A DNA stretch of 62,360 nucleotides from Octopus bimaculoides (GCF_001194135.2 NC_068986.1:96767903-96830262); one strand, 5' to 3'. Numbered from the stretch's first letter, positions 24,440-35,800 are shown. Program-made: numbers and translations. Notes: generated by a model not told the origin, from the sequence alone.

Positions 24440-25183
24440 TAGAAAAGCTGAACATTAGAAGCATCAGTTGTGGTGTGCAAGAGAGACGATTGCGCTGGTA
24501 TGGACATGTGGTGAGAATGGATGAGGATNNNNNNNNNNNNNNNNNNNNNNNNNNNNNNNNNNNNNNNNNNNNNNNNNNNNNNNNNNNNNNNNNNNNNNNN
24601 NNNNNNNNNNNNNNNNNNNNNNNNNNNNNNNNNNNNNNNNNNNNNNNNNNNNNNNNNNNNNNNNNNNNNNNNNNNNNNNNNNNNNNNNNNNNNNNNNNNN
24701 NNNNNNNNNNNNNNNNNNNNNNNNNNNNNNNNNNNNNNNNNNNNNNNNNNNNNNNNNNNNNNNNNNNNNNNNNNNNNNNNNNNNNNNNNNNNNNNNNNNN
24801 NNNNNNNNNNNNNNNNNNNNNNNNNNNNNNNNNNNNNNNNNNNNNNNNNNNNNNNNNNNNNNNNNNNNNNNNNNNNNNNNNNNNNNNNNNNNNNNNNNNN
24901 NNNNNNNNNNNNNNNNNNNNNNNNNNNNNNNNNNNNNNNNNNNNNNNNNNNNNNNNNNNNNNNNNNNNNNNNNATTTCGAGCGTGGCCGTTTTCGTGCGG
25001 GTGACACGTAAAAGCACCCACTACACTCTCTGAGTGGTTGGCGTTAGGAAGGGCATCCAGCTGTAGAAACTCTGCCAAATTAGACTGGAGCCTGGTGTTG
25101 CCATCCGGTTTCACCAGTCCTCAGTCAAATCGTCCAACCCATGCTAGCATGGAAAGCGGACGTTAAACGATGATGATGATGAT
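24440..25183 (+). mobile_element. 5'-truncated RTE LINE (ORF2 C-terminus, gap, 3' UTR)
   Basis: EKLNIRSISCGVQERRLRWYGHVVRMDED before the gap; the 3' UTR after it matches 32-238. Confidence 0.85.
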
Positions 25184-26285
25184 ATATATATATAGATTGA
25201 GATTGAGATACACACACACACACATATGTATCTACTCTACAGCAGGGCACCTATCCCTGTCCTGTACCTCTAATCTCTCATCAACTGGTACAAAGCCACC
25301 AACCAATCCCTCTCCTTTCATACTTTAACTTCTCATTTCTGAGTATAAAGTCCCCTCCTCTCTACTGTAGCCCCATTCATCTGAAAGTGATCTTAGTCTT
25401 GCAAGGCACATGATGACCTCACTGTTACTAGTACCATGAAAACAGCACCAAGTACACTCTGTAAAGTGGTTGGCACTAGGAAGGACATCCAGCCATGGAA
25501 ACTATGGCAAAGTAGACCATACAGAATTTGAACTCAGAATGCAAAGAATAAATACTGCATTGCATTTCAGTCAAAGATCTAACAACTCTGCCAATTTGCT
25601 GGTAGTATTTCTCAAAAAAATTTACTGGTGCATCAGCATGGCCGCAGCTCTGAGCTGAAACTTTGAAATGAAATGAAAAATGAAAAAATCTCTGGGGAAT
25701 CCATACCTTTAAAAGCCAGTTCTACAGTGTTTTCATAAGTATTTAAAGTATTACTTCATGACACTGTCTTTATCACAGATCACAATACAGTGTGGCTATG
25801 TGGCTAACATGCTCACTTACCAGCCTTATAGTTTCAGGTTCAGTCTCACCACAGAGCAACTTGGGCAGGTATCTTCTACAATAACTCCAGGCCAACAAAA
25901 GCTTTGTGAGTGGATTTAATAGAGAAAAACTGACACACACACATATGTGACTAGGCCAAAACAGCCCTATTGAATACCATCGGTCAAATGACCTTACTTA
26001 GATTCCTCAAACCTCTCACTCCCTTATATATTTTTCTTTTTTCCTTCTTTTAATCCTTATTTCTCTCAACATTTTTATTCTCCTCTCCTACTGTGCTGTC
26101 CACACATTCTGAGTAAATGTTCCATGTGTTAACATGTACTTCCTTGCGACAATGTAAACTTTCATTTAATCAAGATATCCTTGGCCTGACGAGTAGCCTG
26201 CAGTATGCACCTCACTTTTGAGGTTCCACTCGCTGTGAAACATATGTAGCCCAGATCTTATCTTCTCCATTCCTTAACTCTTGTG

Positions 26286-26329
<44 letters not shown>

Positions 26330-26716
26330 TATGTACATATATTTACATTAATATATATATACATATACACAACATATGGTATAATTTAGCCATTTCTCCG
26401 CAGAACTGAAAAAAGAAATGAACAACCTTAATCGATTTTTGAACCTTATTGGGTTCTCATAAGAGGTGGCTACATCATTCTGACAGTCTCCAGAGAAACA
26501 AGCAGCCAAACTGTTTATATACTCAACAAATGCAGCAGTTACTCTATGAAGGGGTCCCTAATTTGCATACCGAAAGTGTTTAATACTATAAATACCAGTG
26601 GCTTGTCAATGGGGATCTTAATCCACACAGTATAAATATGTATCACACATTTGATCATGTTGAACTGTTAATCCCTATTCCTCTTTTTTCTCTCTTTGTC
26701 TTTTTCCCAAATAATC

Positions 26717-26830
26717 CTTTCTGTCAAAGAGTGTAGGCTCGAAACGTAAAATACTTTTCTATTCTTCCCAAGCATTAAACTAATACACCTGCTTGTTGTT
26801 TTTTCACCTGTCTTCATCTTTTGTTTTCTG
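26717..26830 (+). mobile_element. Penelope-like terminal-repeat fragment with a degenerate hammerhead motif
   Basis: CTTT CTGTCAA A GAGT GTAG GCTC GAAA CGT A AAAT; same family as 4490-4604. Confidence 0.55.
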
Positions 26831-26929
26831 TAAAGTTGAACTATGTATGTATGTATGTATGTACATGAGTGTGCATTTGTGTCTCCTAGTCTTGACACCA
26901 CATAATGGTTGTAAAGGAGTGTCACCATC

Positions 26930-27123
26930 ATGCTAGTAGTGTTATTAATTTCCAATCTCCTGTGAAATCATGTCCAGCTACAGGGCTATAATCACCCAGC
27001 TTGGAAACTGGTGAGGGCTGGCAACAAGAACAGCATCTAGCCATAAAATATTAGCTTTATTGGTTTCTTTCTGACCTATGCAAGCATGGAAAAGTGATCA
27101 ATAAAACGATGATGATGATGATA
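26930..27123 (+). mobile_element. Retroposon 3' end with (GAT)n tail abutting the ZNF-3 stop codon
   Basis: CTGACCTATGCAAGCATGGAAAAGTG...AAAC(GAT)n, an RTE-like tail. Left boundary approximate. Confidence 0.7.
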
Positions 27124-28080
27124 TCACAGTGGTATAGTCTCTTCTGTGTGAAGCATTTTATGACGCTTAAAAACACCATTATATGAGAATGTTTCACCAC
27201 AAATTTCACAGTGGTATCGCTTTTCACCTGTATGGACAATTTTATGATTTATTAAGGTAGAATTATGTGAGAATGTTTTACCACATATATTACAATGATA
27301 TGGCCTCTCTCCTGTGTGAACTATCATATGTCTCTTTAAGTTTGTAGTACATGTAAAAGTTTTATCACAAATGTCACAGTTGTAGGACCTCTCTGCTGTG
27401 TGAACTAGTATATGTCTCTTTAAGTTCATATTACATGTGAATGTTTTATCACAGACATCACACTGGTATGGTCTTTCTCCTGTGTGATCCTCTTTATGCC
27501 TTTTTAAATTCGTATTACATGTAAATGATTTATCACAAATATCACACTGATAGGGTCTCTCTCCTGTGTGAACTATTTTATGTCTGATTACATGATCATT
27601 TCTAAGGAATGCTTTACCACAGATTTCACAATAGTATGGTCTCTCTCCAGTGTGAACCATTTTATGCCTAGTTACATGATCGATTCTAAGGAAAGCTTTA
27701 CCACAGGTGTCACAATGAAATCGTCTTTCTCCTGTGTGAACAACCATATGGCTCTCTAAGGTATAGTCATGTAAGAATGTTTTGCTACAAATTTCACAAT
27801 GGTATCCTTTTTCTTTAGTTTGAACCATTTTATTTCTACTTACTTGATTATTTCTAGAGTGTGGTTTATGAAGAAATTCATGCCGTTTTAGGTTTCCGTT
27901 AAATGAGAATGCTTTTCCACAGATTTCACACAGGTATGGTCTCTCTCCTGTATGGATTACCTTGTGGCTCTCTAAACTATAGTTAGTTGAGAATGTTTTA
28001 TGACATATTTCACAGTAGTTTTGTTTCTTTTCTGTAGCAGTATGTTCATGCTGTAGAAAATTCCAACTATTTAAAAACAT
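27124..28080 (-). CDS. ZNF-3: C2H2 zinc-finger protein, 10 intact and 2 degenerate fingers
   Basis: The ORF-track start at 28128 is TTG; the first in-frame ATG is 28080, inside a dead finger. Fingers 4-5 are duplicated and 6-8 triplicated. Confidence 0.9.
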   Translation of the reverse strand: MFLNSWNFLQHEHTATEKKQNYCEICHKTFSTNYSLESHKVIHTGERPYLCEICGKAFSFNGNLKRHEFLHKPHSRNNQVSRNKMVQTKEKGYHCEICSKTFLHDYTLESHMVVHTGERRFHCDTCGKAFLRIDHVTRHKMVHTGERPYYCEICGKAFLRNDHVIRHKIVHTGERPYQCDICDKSFTCNTNLKRHKEDHTGERPYQCDVCDKTFTCNMNLKRHILVHTAERSYNCDICDKTFTCTTNLKRHMIVHTGERPYHCNICGKTFSHNSTLINHKIVHTGEKRYHCEICGETFSYNGVFKRHKMLHTEETIPL

Positions 28081-28473
28081 TGAACCACAAATTTCACACT
28101 TATAAACTTCCTCTTTTACAAGTGCCAATAAAACTGATGTTTAAAGCTTCCAGAGACTGACCTTGGCTTTCATCACTCCAATATTGATATAAAATAAATG
28201 CTAATAATATACTGAGGTCAATTCAATTGACTGTAACCTTCCCTTACAAAAGTTGTGTTAAGTAAAAAATAAAATAACCAATTCTAATAATGGATATAAT
28301 TGGGTATCCGTATTTCACAAAATCATCCTAAACGTAGATTTCACATTAGCTTCCCATTCCCTAACTACACACTACCCCACATTTCTTAAAGGTCCTATTG
28401 ACACCAACAAAATAGATAGATCAGCTAATACTGTCCAAAGACATCCGCTTTGTAAAATCCTCTTTTCATAATG

Positions 28474-28488
28474 CCTGAAATACAACAA
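28474..28488 (-). other. Predicted splice acceptor of the ZNF-3 coding exon
   Basis: Identical 15-mer. Confidence 0.8.
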
Positions 28489-29262
28489 GACTAACATTAA
28501 CATGGAATTAACAACAAGACTAAAAAAACAAGAAACAAAAACAGTAGCACTAGCCATTCATAACAATAGTAGATAAAGTGTATATAGTTTACTCATAGAA
28601 TTAAATGTTCGTACCATACTTAGTATTCATTAGTACTGCCCTTCTACCTTGTATACAACACACTGGACACTCAAGTCTTAATTACAAGTCACTAGATGAA
28701 TAAGAATGCCCATGCAATATCCACGTTTGCCCACAAAAACTCAAGTAGTAAAGCAATCGGAATCATTAGGAAATGTTTTTGCAACTAAATAAAAATATTT
28801 GTGAATATAAAAAGTGGCATACGTATACGAAAGCGCCGGCCAAAAGGAAACGTTTTGTTGCATTTTTAAAAATAAACTGACTGCCTTTGATAAAAGTGAA
28901 CTGAGATCACAGTGGAGCAACGAGCCAAATTATCATTTTGCAGAGCATCAGCAGTGATGTGAGTAAAAGTACTGAGATGTAAAAAGTTGAAAACTTTCAA
29001 TCATAAACAAAATACACCGTTGATATTTTATTGGAAATAGTAAAAGAGACCAAAATATATCATTATTTTGTGCAATAATAAAATGTAATTAATTGGTCCA
29101 CAATATACCGCGATCCAACTGCGTGGTGTGTTTAAGAAGAGAATAGAGCTATGTGTAAGAATAATGTCCTTTCATTTGACATACCAATGAATGAATGAAT
29201 GACAGTATGCTAATAACATTAACTTACAATTATTTATCATATATATCTATTAAATTAAATCT

Positions 29263-29272
29263 ATCTTACCTC
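29263..29272 (-). other. Predicted donor (GAG|GTAAGAT) of a non-coding ZNF-3 exon
   Basis: Same 10-mer as 3560 and 43169; the upstream exon sequence resembles that of ZNF-1. Confidence 0.6.
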
Positions 29273-30639
29273 TACACATACCTCCCTTCTGTATATTTCT
29301 CTTCTTAAACACACCAAATAGTTGGAGCCTCTACACGGTCATTTAAGCTACTAAAATAGCAGCCAAAATTCCCTCAAATCATTGTATATTGTCTTAAACG
29401 AAGCACGTCACACTGGATATAGTGTTACATATTCCTAAAACTGCATGACGGTCATGTTGGGAATGCCTTTACTCATCGATCAGCTGGGACTAAACAATCA
29501 CACACTTTTTCTACACCTTCCTTGTCTACTGCTACTACACACTATTTACATGTCCAACACTGACACTACTGTCACTCAGGCAAGATTAAACCAATCGATA
29601 AATAATCTCCAGACAGAACTAAATGATAACACATTTAATAAACATGTCAGTTTTAGTTCAAGGGTAACTATTGAATGTGAAATTAATATTATTGTGATAT
29701 GTAATCTCACATGTCATCGTTATGTGGAAGCTGTTGATCTTTTTCCATTCATTTTCGGTCAGGTTGATTTCCTGTAGGTTTCGTCGTATCATTTCAAATG
29801 TATGTCGCAAGCAATCAGGTGGACAGTAAAGTTCGGTTGTAATCAGCAATAACTTTGTTGAATTGATTTTCTTTTTCTTCTCTTGAACTGTAGGAACAGG
29901 GTCCGTCATGATCTCATCTGGCCATCCGAGACCAGTTAGCTGGATGACTTTAATGTTCCGTTTAAACTGTTGCAGGCTAACATCTTCAGAAAAGAAAGGG
30001 GAGATTCCAGAGAATCGATGTTCCGAGAAGGAAGTACTGGAGTTGGGTGTAGTGGCTTACGGAGCCTGGGGGTGATTGGACTCAACAAGGATGACGAAAG
30101 ATAGAGAGACTAATGGAAAATCAACCAGCTCCGAGGAACAGAACCCAGTATCGTAAATACAAGAGAAATATAGCGAGTAGACAGCATACATGACCAGAGG
30201 CTATAGCATAAGTGAGTGACTTAATGCCAGCCGGTTGCCTGGTCCATTTTTGGATGCGGTCCGAAGCACAATCTTAGATGCGGGAGAAATACTCCACAGT
30301 GACTCTCACTTGAGCTTTGCTGTGTATTAGTAATTGTTTGGAACTGAAATGTTTTCTGGTCCTGAAGTGGTGATCAGGGTTAGTGCAGGTGTTATGAGTT
30401 AGTGTTCGTATTGAGGACAATTTTAATGTTCGATTTCAGGTTAGTCAATCCTTTTTATTACGGTTCTAAATTGAGAATAATACACAATACAAACTGAAAC
30501 TAGTAAAAGACTTAAGACTTACCTTTACAATATTTCTTGCGTCGACGCCGATACAAGAAACACCTGATGAAATCACTACTATAACGGATCAAACACTACT
30601 AACCTTGATAATTATCTCTATTTTATACTTTAAAAACAT

Positions 30640-30858
30640 TAACATTATTTACATTATTTACATTTGACGGATATTTGTCCTCATCTTGTTTGTTGTTAAC
30701 ACAACGTTTCGGCTGATATACCCTCCAGCCTTCGTCAGGTGTCTTGGGGAAATTTCGAACCTGGGTTCTCATTCCTAACGATGTTAACAACAAACAAGAT
30801 GAGGACAAATATCCGTCTAATGTTAATAATTCCTCATCTCTTAAATATAGAACTGTAT
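30640..30858 (-). mobile_element. Penelope-like pLTR insertion with inverted partial duplication
   Basis: 9-bp TSD TAAAAACAT (30631-30639, 30859-30867); perfect 36-bp inverted repeat 30666-30701 / 30782-30817; contains a hammerhead. Confidence 0.8.
30698..30744 (-). ncRNA. Minimal type I hammerhead ribozyme
   Basis: AGACAC CUGACGA A GGCUG-gaggguauau-CAGCC GAAA CGU U / GUGUU: complete core, 5-bp stem II, 5-bp stem I, palindromic ACGU helix III. Predicted cut between 30703 and 30702. Confidence 0.75.
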
Positions 30859-31849
30859 TAAAAACATATTTACATATTACACTGAAAACATGGGTTCTCA
30901 TAGGTATGTATGCATGCATGCATACATGTATAAGTTTGTCTTTCGTTGTCTTGACATACAAACGATTTGTCTTATCATACAAACGATTTTCCTCATTTGA
31001 TGAAACATTATGCTTCACCATCTGACGAGCAATTCGAATTTTTTCAAACTGCAAGCTGTTCTACCTATCGCCACTTGCTTCAGTCCATTAGGCGTGTTTT
31101 CGTTAGATCATCAAATCTTTTTTTTTTCTTTTCTCTCTCTCTCTGTATGTATGTATGTATGTGCGCGTGGTGAACTCTTGCCTAAAATCACCAGGGAAAA
31201 TATTATGACCAACCTATCGCAATGGTACTTGATAAAGCAACCTTTCATACTCAGCTCGCCTTTTTTTTCCAGCACTTCTGTATCGGGTATAAAAGACATT
31301 CAACTTATCTCCAATATTCGTCTTACGCACTTCTGGTGACTTTCGAGTTTGTCGATGTGTCGTCATTACGAATCCACTTCTCAGAGTATAGATAGAATGT
31401 AATGATTGTAAGCATCATAGATGAAAAGCTTGGCGGACAATTTTAAATCGCTACTTGACCATATTCGTTTTTTCAGCATCCCTAACGCAATTGCTTGATC
31501 CATCACTTCAGAATATTTTTAGTATCACAAATTAAAGTAGATGTATCTTTGGAACGGAGAGGAGCAGAAATTGGCAAGGACGAAGTATCTCATTTAACAG
31601 ACTGTACATTGTATTTGGAGCCTTTTTTTTTTTAACCAAAAGCCAAGTGAATACATGGGGATATGCTTAATCACCATGCATTCTCCATTACCCTCAGTTC
31701 CCTTAATACAATTGATTTATGATGCTTTAGGGGTTCATCTATCTTCAAACGTTTTGTTTGTTTGTTTGTTTTTTAAGTAAATTAGTATTGAATAGTTTCT
31801 AATGTAATTTGTACTTGATGTCTGTAACCTCAGATACTTCTAAGTTACT

Positions 31850-32830
31850 TCATCAAACAATGTTTTGCATCTGCGTGTCCTGCAGCTCAAGATATTGGCA
31901 ACAATGACATAAACTTTTTAGTTTGAAATATGACCCTGAACCAATAGTCGATGAATTTGCTTGACCTTCCCGAAAAGATGCATATTTGAGGGTCTCAGAA
32001 CTTGTCAACATTAAGCCTTTCAGATCCTCCGTGTTACATGTATATTTTTTCTTAACAACCAACTTCAACTTTGCTCATATAAGGCAGTGGCCTGCCCAAT
32101 ATTTAGTTCCAGACACATCTTTAAGGCTATAGAGAGGATGAATGTCATATTTACGTATTAAGACAAAATAGATAAGATTACTCTGTTTCGACCGAGGATG
32201 AATCCAGTTAACTTTTAAACTTGTGTCTTTGATGTATTGCTTATTAGAAGATAGGAACATAGCTGCAACAAGCGTAGACTTTTGCTATTCATTTTACCTA
32301 TGCCAATATATTTCAAACTAGACTACGTATATCAGTTGCAACTTACCCTGGCACTAAAGTCACCAGATAGGATTAGTTTTTTGCTAGCCAGTGTGGAAAG
32401 AACGGTATTTCCAAGATTCTATTACAAAAGCGATAGTGTTTGTTCTGTTAAGAGAAGAGTTGGTACATACACAGGTAAGAAAGTTACATATCATCCACAA
32501 GACAGACGTAAGCTCAGTTTAATGACAGAGTCATTTACATTGGATGGTAACTCATTTAGCCTATAAGCTAGGTTGCAAAACCAACCCTGCCCTTTCACTT
32601 CTCACCTGTAAACTTGCCAATCCCAAAGAAACTGTAGCTACAACCCATTTCAATTAGCCTTTCTTGATAATTGTGTCTCAGAAAAGGAGGCAAAACCGAT
32701 CTATTGTCAGTCGAGCTCTTTTGTAATGAGAACAGTACGGTGCGCCGGCCTGCTGCATTTTTCTCTATCCCATAGAGGTGTCTGCTTATTTTGTCTTTTA
32801 GTTTTAACATTCTGTATATATGTTTATACA
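31850..32830 (-). mobile_element. Decayed RTE (BovB-like) LINE endonuclease region
   Basis: Translates GRRTVLF..., RLNELPSNVNDSVIKLSL, LILSGDFSARV, KVNWIHPRSKQSNLIYFVLIR. Confidence 0.8.
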
Positions 32831-33133
32831 TTCGTTATCCTCGCTTAAATGGGCAGTCATCAGTTGAGATGAACTAACCAGCTTGTAGGACAGGCAATGT
32901 TTGGAACACTTACCAGTAAGTGGGTGAGCAATGCCTTCTTTAATGTCTACTCTGTAAAAAGGAGTTCCACCTATTTCTTCTGTCAAGATCGAAGATCTGC
33001 AGTTGTACATTTCCAACTCAAGTCTGCAAAACGTTGCCACGCGCTATCGCCAAAGGATTTTGAGCGACCAGAAGCGGTTATCTTATTCTTCGTCAAATAC
33101 TTTGATGTTCGATATTGGATAGTACAAGTTATA

Positions 33134-34411
33134 TCAGGTCATCCCATAAGTTCTGTCCGAATTTCGAATAAAGAAAACAAGTGATCAAATGTTATATTTA
33201 ATTGAAATTTAATCATTACAGTACTTTCCCTGATTATCTGTGACTTCCTTCCATCTATTTACAAGCTTTTTAATCCCATCAATGTAAAACTCTTTTGGTT
33301 TCAAAGCGAAGAACTCTGAAATGTCAGTTTCGACCTCCTCCTGGCTTGCGAAAGTTATGTCCCCCAAATGATTCTATAAACTACGAAACAAATGGTAGTC
33401 TGAAGGAGCAAGGTCGGGAGAATAAGGTGGATGAGGAATTATTTCCCAACCAACCTCTTCGATGTTCTGTGATGTAATCTTTGCAGTGTGGGATCGCGCA
33501 TTGTCCTGATGAAACATCACCCCTTTTCGATTCACTAAAGCGGGTCTTCTTTTCTTCAAAGCTTGGTTCAAACGCTCTAATTGCTGACAGTATACTTGAG
33601 CATTGATTGTTGCATTAGATGGTAACAATTCAAAGTGAATAACTCTTTTGCGATCCCACCAGATAGAGAGAAGAACCTTTTTTCCATGAAGTTCCCTTTT
33701 CGGTTGTGGTTGAGCTTTTCCCCTTTTACCAAGCCACACGTTTAGCATTTCGATAGAAGATCCATTTTTCGTCACCAGTCACAAGTCTATCCCAAAAGGG
33801 TGAAATGAGTTCGCAAGAATGGAGAGAAGAGCAGATGTCAACTCGGAATTTGCGGTTGCTTTCGGACAATTCATGAGGCACCCTTTTCCAAGTTTAGGAA
33901 CCTTTCCAAGTTGTTGAAGATGACGATGAAAGTTGTATGGTTTGAACTAATCTTTATTGCCGATCCTTTAACTGATAATGCAGGATTTTCTTTAAGTAAT
34001 GCCTCAAGGAGCTTATCATCAAACTCAACTAGACGTCCTGTTCAATCTTCATCTTCAAGGCTGAAATCTCTACTTCTGAATTTTGCAAACCATCTTCTGC
34101 ATGTTCTTTCACTCAAGCATTCTTTCCCATAAACTGAGTGTATGTTTCGAGTCGCTTCGGCTGCAGAGTTTCCTTTTTTGCACTCATAAAGCATTATGTG
34201 CCTCAAATGCTCTTTGGATACTTCCATGTTAGAAAGGGTTTTAATCAAAGAAATTTTAATTCTATTATTCTGTAAAATAATATTTAATTAGTATAAATGT
34301 ACACATATGCATAAAAATAATTTTTAATTCCATTAGACATTCTAAAATACTATTAAATTTCATTCGATTTTAAAAGAGATAAAATCGTACAGAACTTATG
34401 GGATGACCTGA
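33134..34411 (-). mobile_element. Full-length (1278 bp) mariner transposon
   Basis: TIR TCAGGTCATCCCATAAGTTCTGT[C/A]CGA at both ends; TA TSD at 33132-33133 and 34412-34413. Confidence 0.95.
33209..34227 (-). pseudogene. Mariner DD34D transposase, frameshifted
   Basis: MEVSKEHLRH HTH, VTGDEKW, HQDNAR...YSPDLAPSDY (34-residue spacing), GIKKLVNRW...GKY. A 1-nt deletion in the WVPHEL codons plus other breaks. Confidence 0.93.
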
Positions 34412-34559
34412 TAAGAGGCACAATGTTCTGTTGTACTTGTACCTCGTAGAGAATATAGGGGCAGACCTTGTACAGTACGAATACCACTCTCTAAATATCA
34501 GCTATCGTGCTCCAGTGCGGTTCTACTTTCATACAATTACAGCAACTGAATAAATAGTG

Positions 34560-35800
34560 CCGTAGTTAAAAAGGTGATGGAAGGATGGGCGTTAGGAAGA
34601 TAAATTGCGGGGTAAAGCTTGACAAAGACAGATTAGTGCAGAGGCATAGACACGAACGATATACTTTGAGGACATTCTTTTTTGCCAAAATCAACAGGAC
34701 TTCTCGAGCCGAGCCACATCGCCAGTCATCTCCTTCATAAGGCTCAATAACATAAGGTCGGTCTTCATAACATCGTCTCATGTCTTCTTGGATCTCTCCC
34801 TACCACGGGTTCCACCCAAAGAGATCAGTACTTCTTTAATGCAGCTGTCTTCGTTCATACACATCACATGGCGATATCAGCACAGTTTTCTCTCTTCCAC
34901 ACTACATCTGATTCTTCTTACGTCAAATTTTTCTCTCAACACGCATGCATAAAACTGGCGTTAAGCATACAACTGAGTGTACAAGCTTCATTCCTTTCTA
35001 GTTTTTGCATTCATGGCCCACATCACACAAGCATGTGAATCTGCTGTTTGTTCACATGCATCATACAATCTACCTTTTACTCAGAGAAACCATTTGCTAC
35101 CAACAGAGGTAAAAGCTCTCAAAACTTTTTCCAGCTACTATACTTTCAGAAAATTCTCCGCCGTCACTAGTGAGGTCTCCTACGAAGCAAAGACTATCTA
35201 TTACTTCTAACGATCCTCCTGGGCATTCAAGAGAATCAACTTTCCATGTGTTCTAAGTGTTTATTGCTCCTGTGCGTCAACCTTTTCTCATAACCTTCCT
35301 GTGATCCATTGTATTTTTTGTGTCCATAGTTGACTGGTTATGTACACTCCAAGTTACACTTTTTCTACGTACCGAACAGGTCATTTTCCTGAAGGAAGTA
35401 GTGTCCTGCTTGCGTCCGAGTTACTAGTAACTTGGCCTTTGCTAAGTTAACTTTAAAGCTCTTTGATTCCAGGTTTTGCTTCCACACCTGAAATTTCTTT
35501 TCTCATTCTACCTCATATTCAACTATAAAAACAAAACCATCAGCATAGAGGAGTTCCCACAGGCAACAGGTCTCAAACTCTTATTGTGGCCTGGAAAACG
35601 ATGAATAGAAGGGAACTGAGAATTGAGCCCTGAGGAACATCTACATGCACACTAAATACATTACTAACTCTGACCTTATGAACAGCATCCCTGTGCATGG
35701 CTTGAACAGCTCTCCCCAGCCACTCTGATGCTTGCTTTTACAGGGCCACCAGATCAGGGAGCAAGGACTGGAGAAAGTCAGAAGTTTCCTCCAGGTTGCC
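34560..35800 (-). mobile_element. Decayed RTE LINE, RT domain to 3' end
   Basis: EWLGRAVQAMHRDA, VPQGSILSSLLFI, WELLYADG, FQVWKQNLESK, KGRLYDAC. Confidence 0.85.

Noticed and set aside
30560-30600. Plus-strand CUGAUGA followed by a weak hairpin
   Set aside because: Lacks GAAA and helix III; not a hammerhead.
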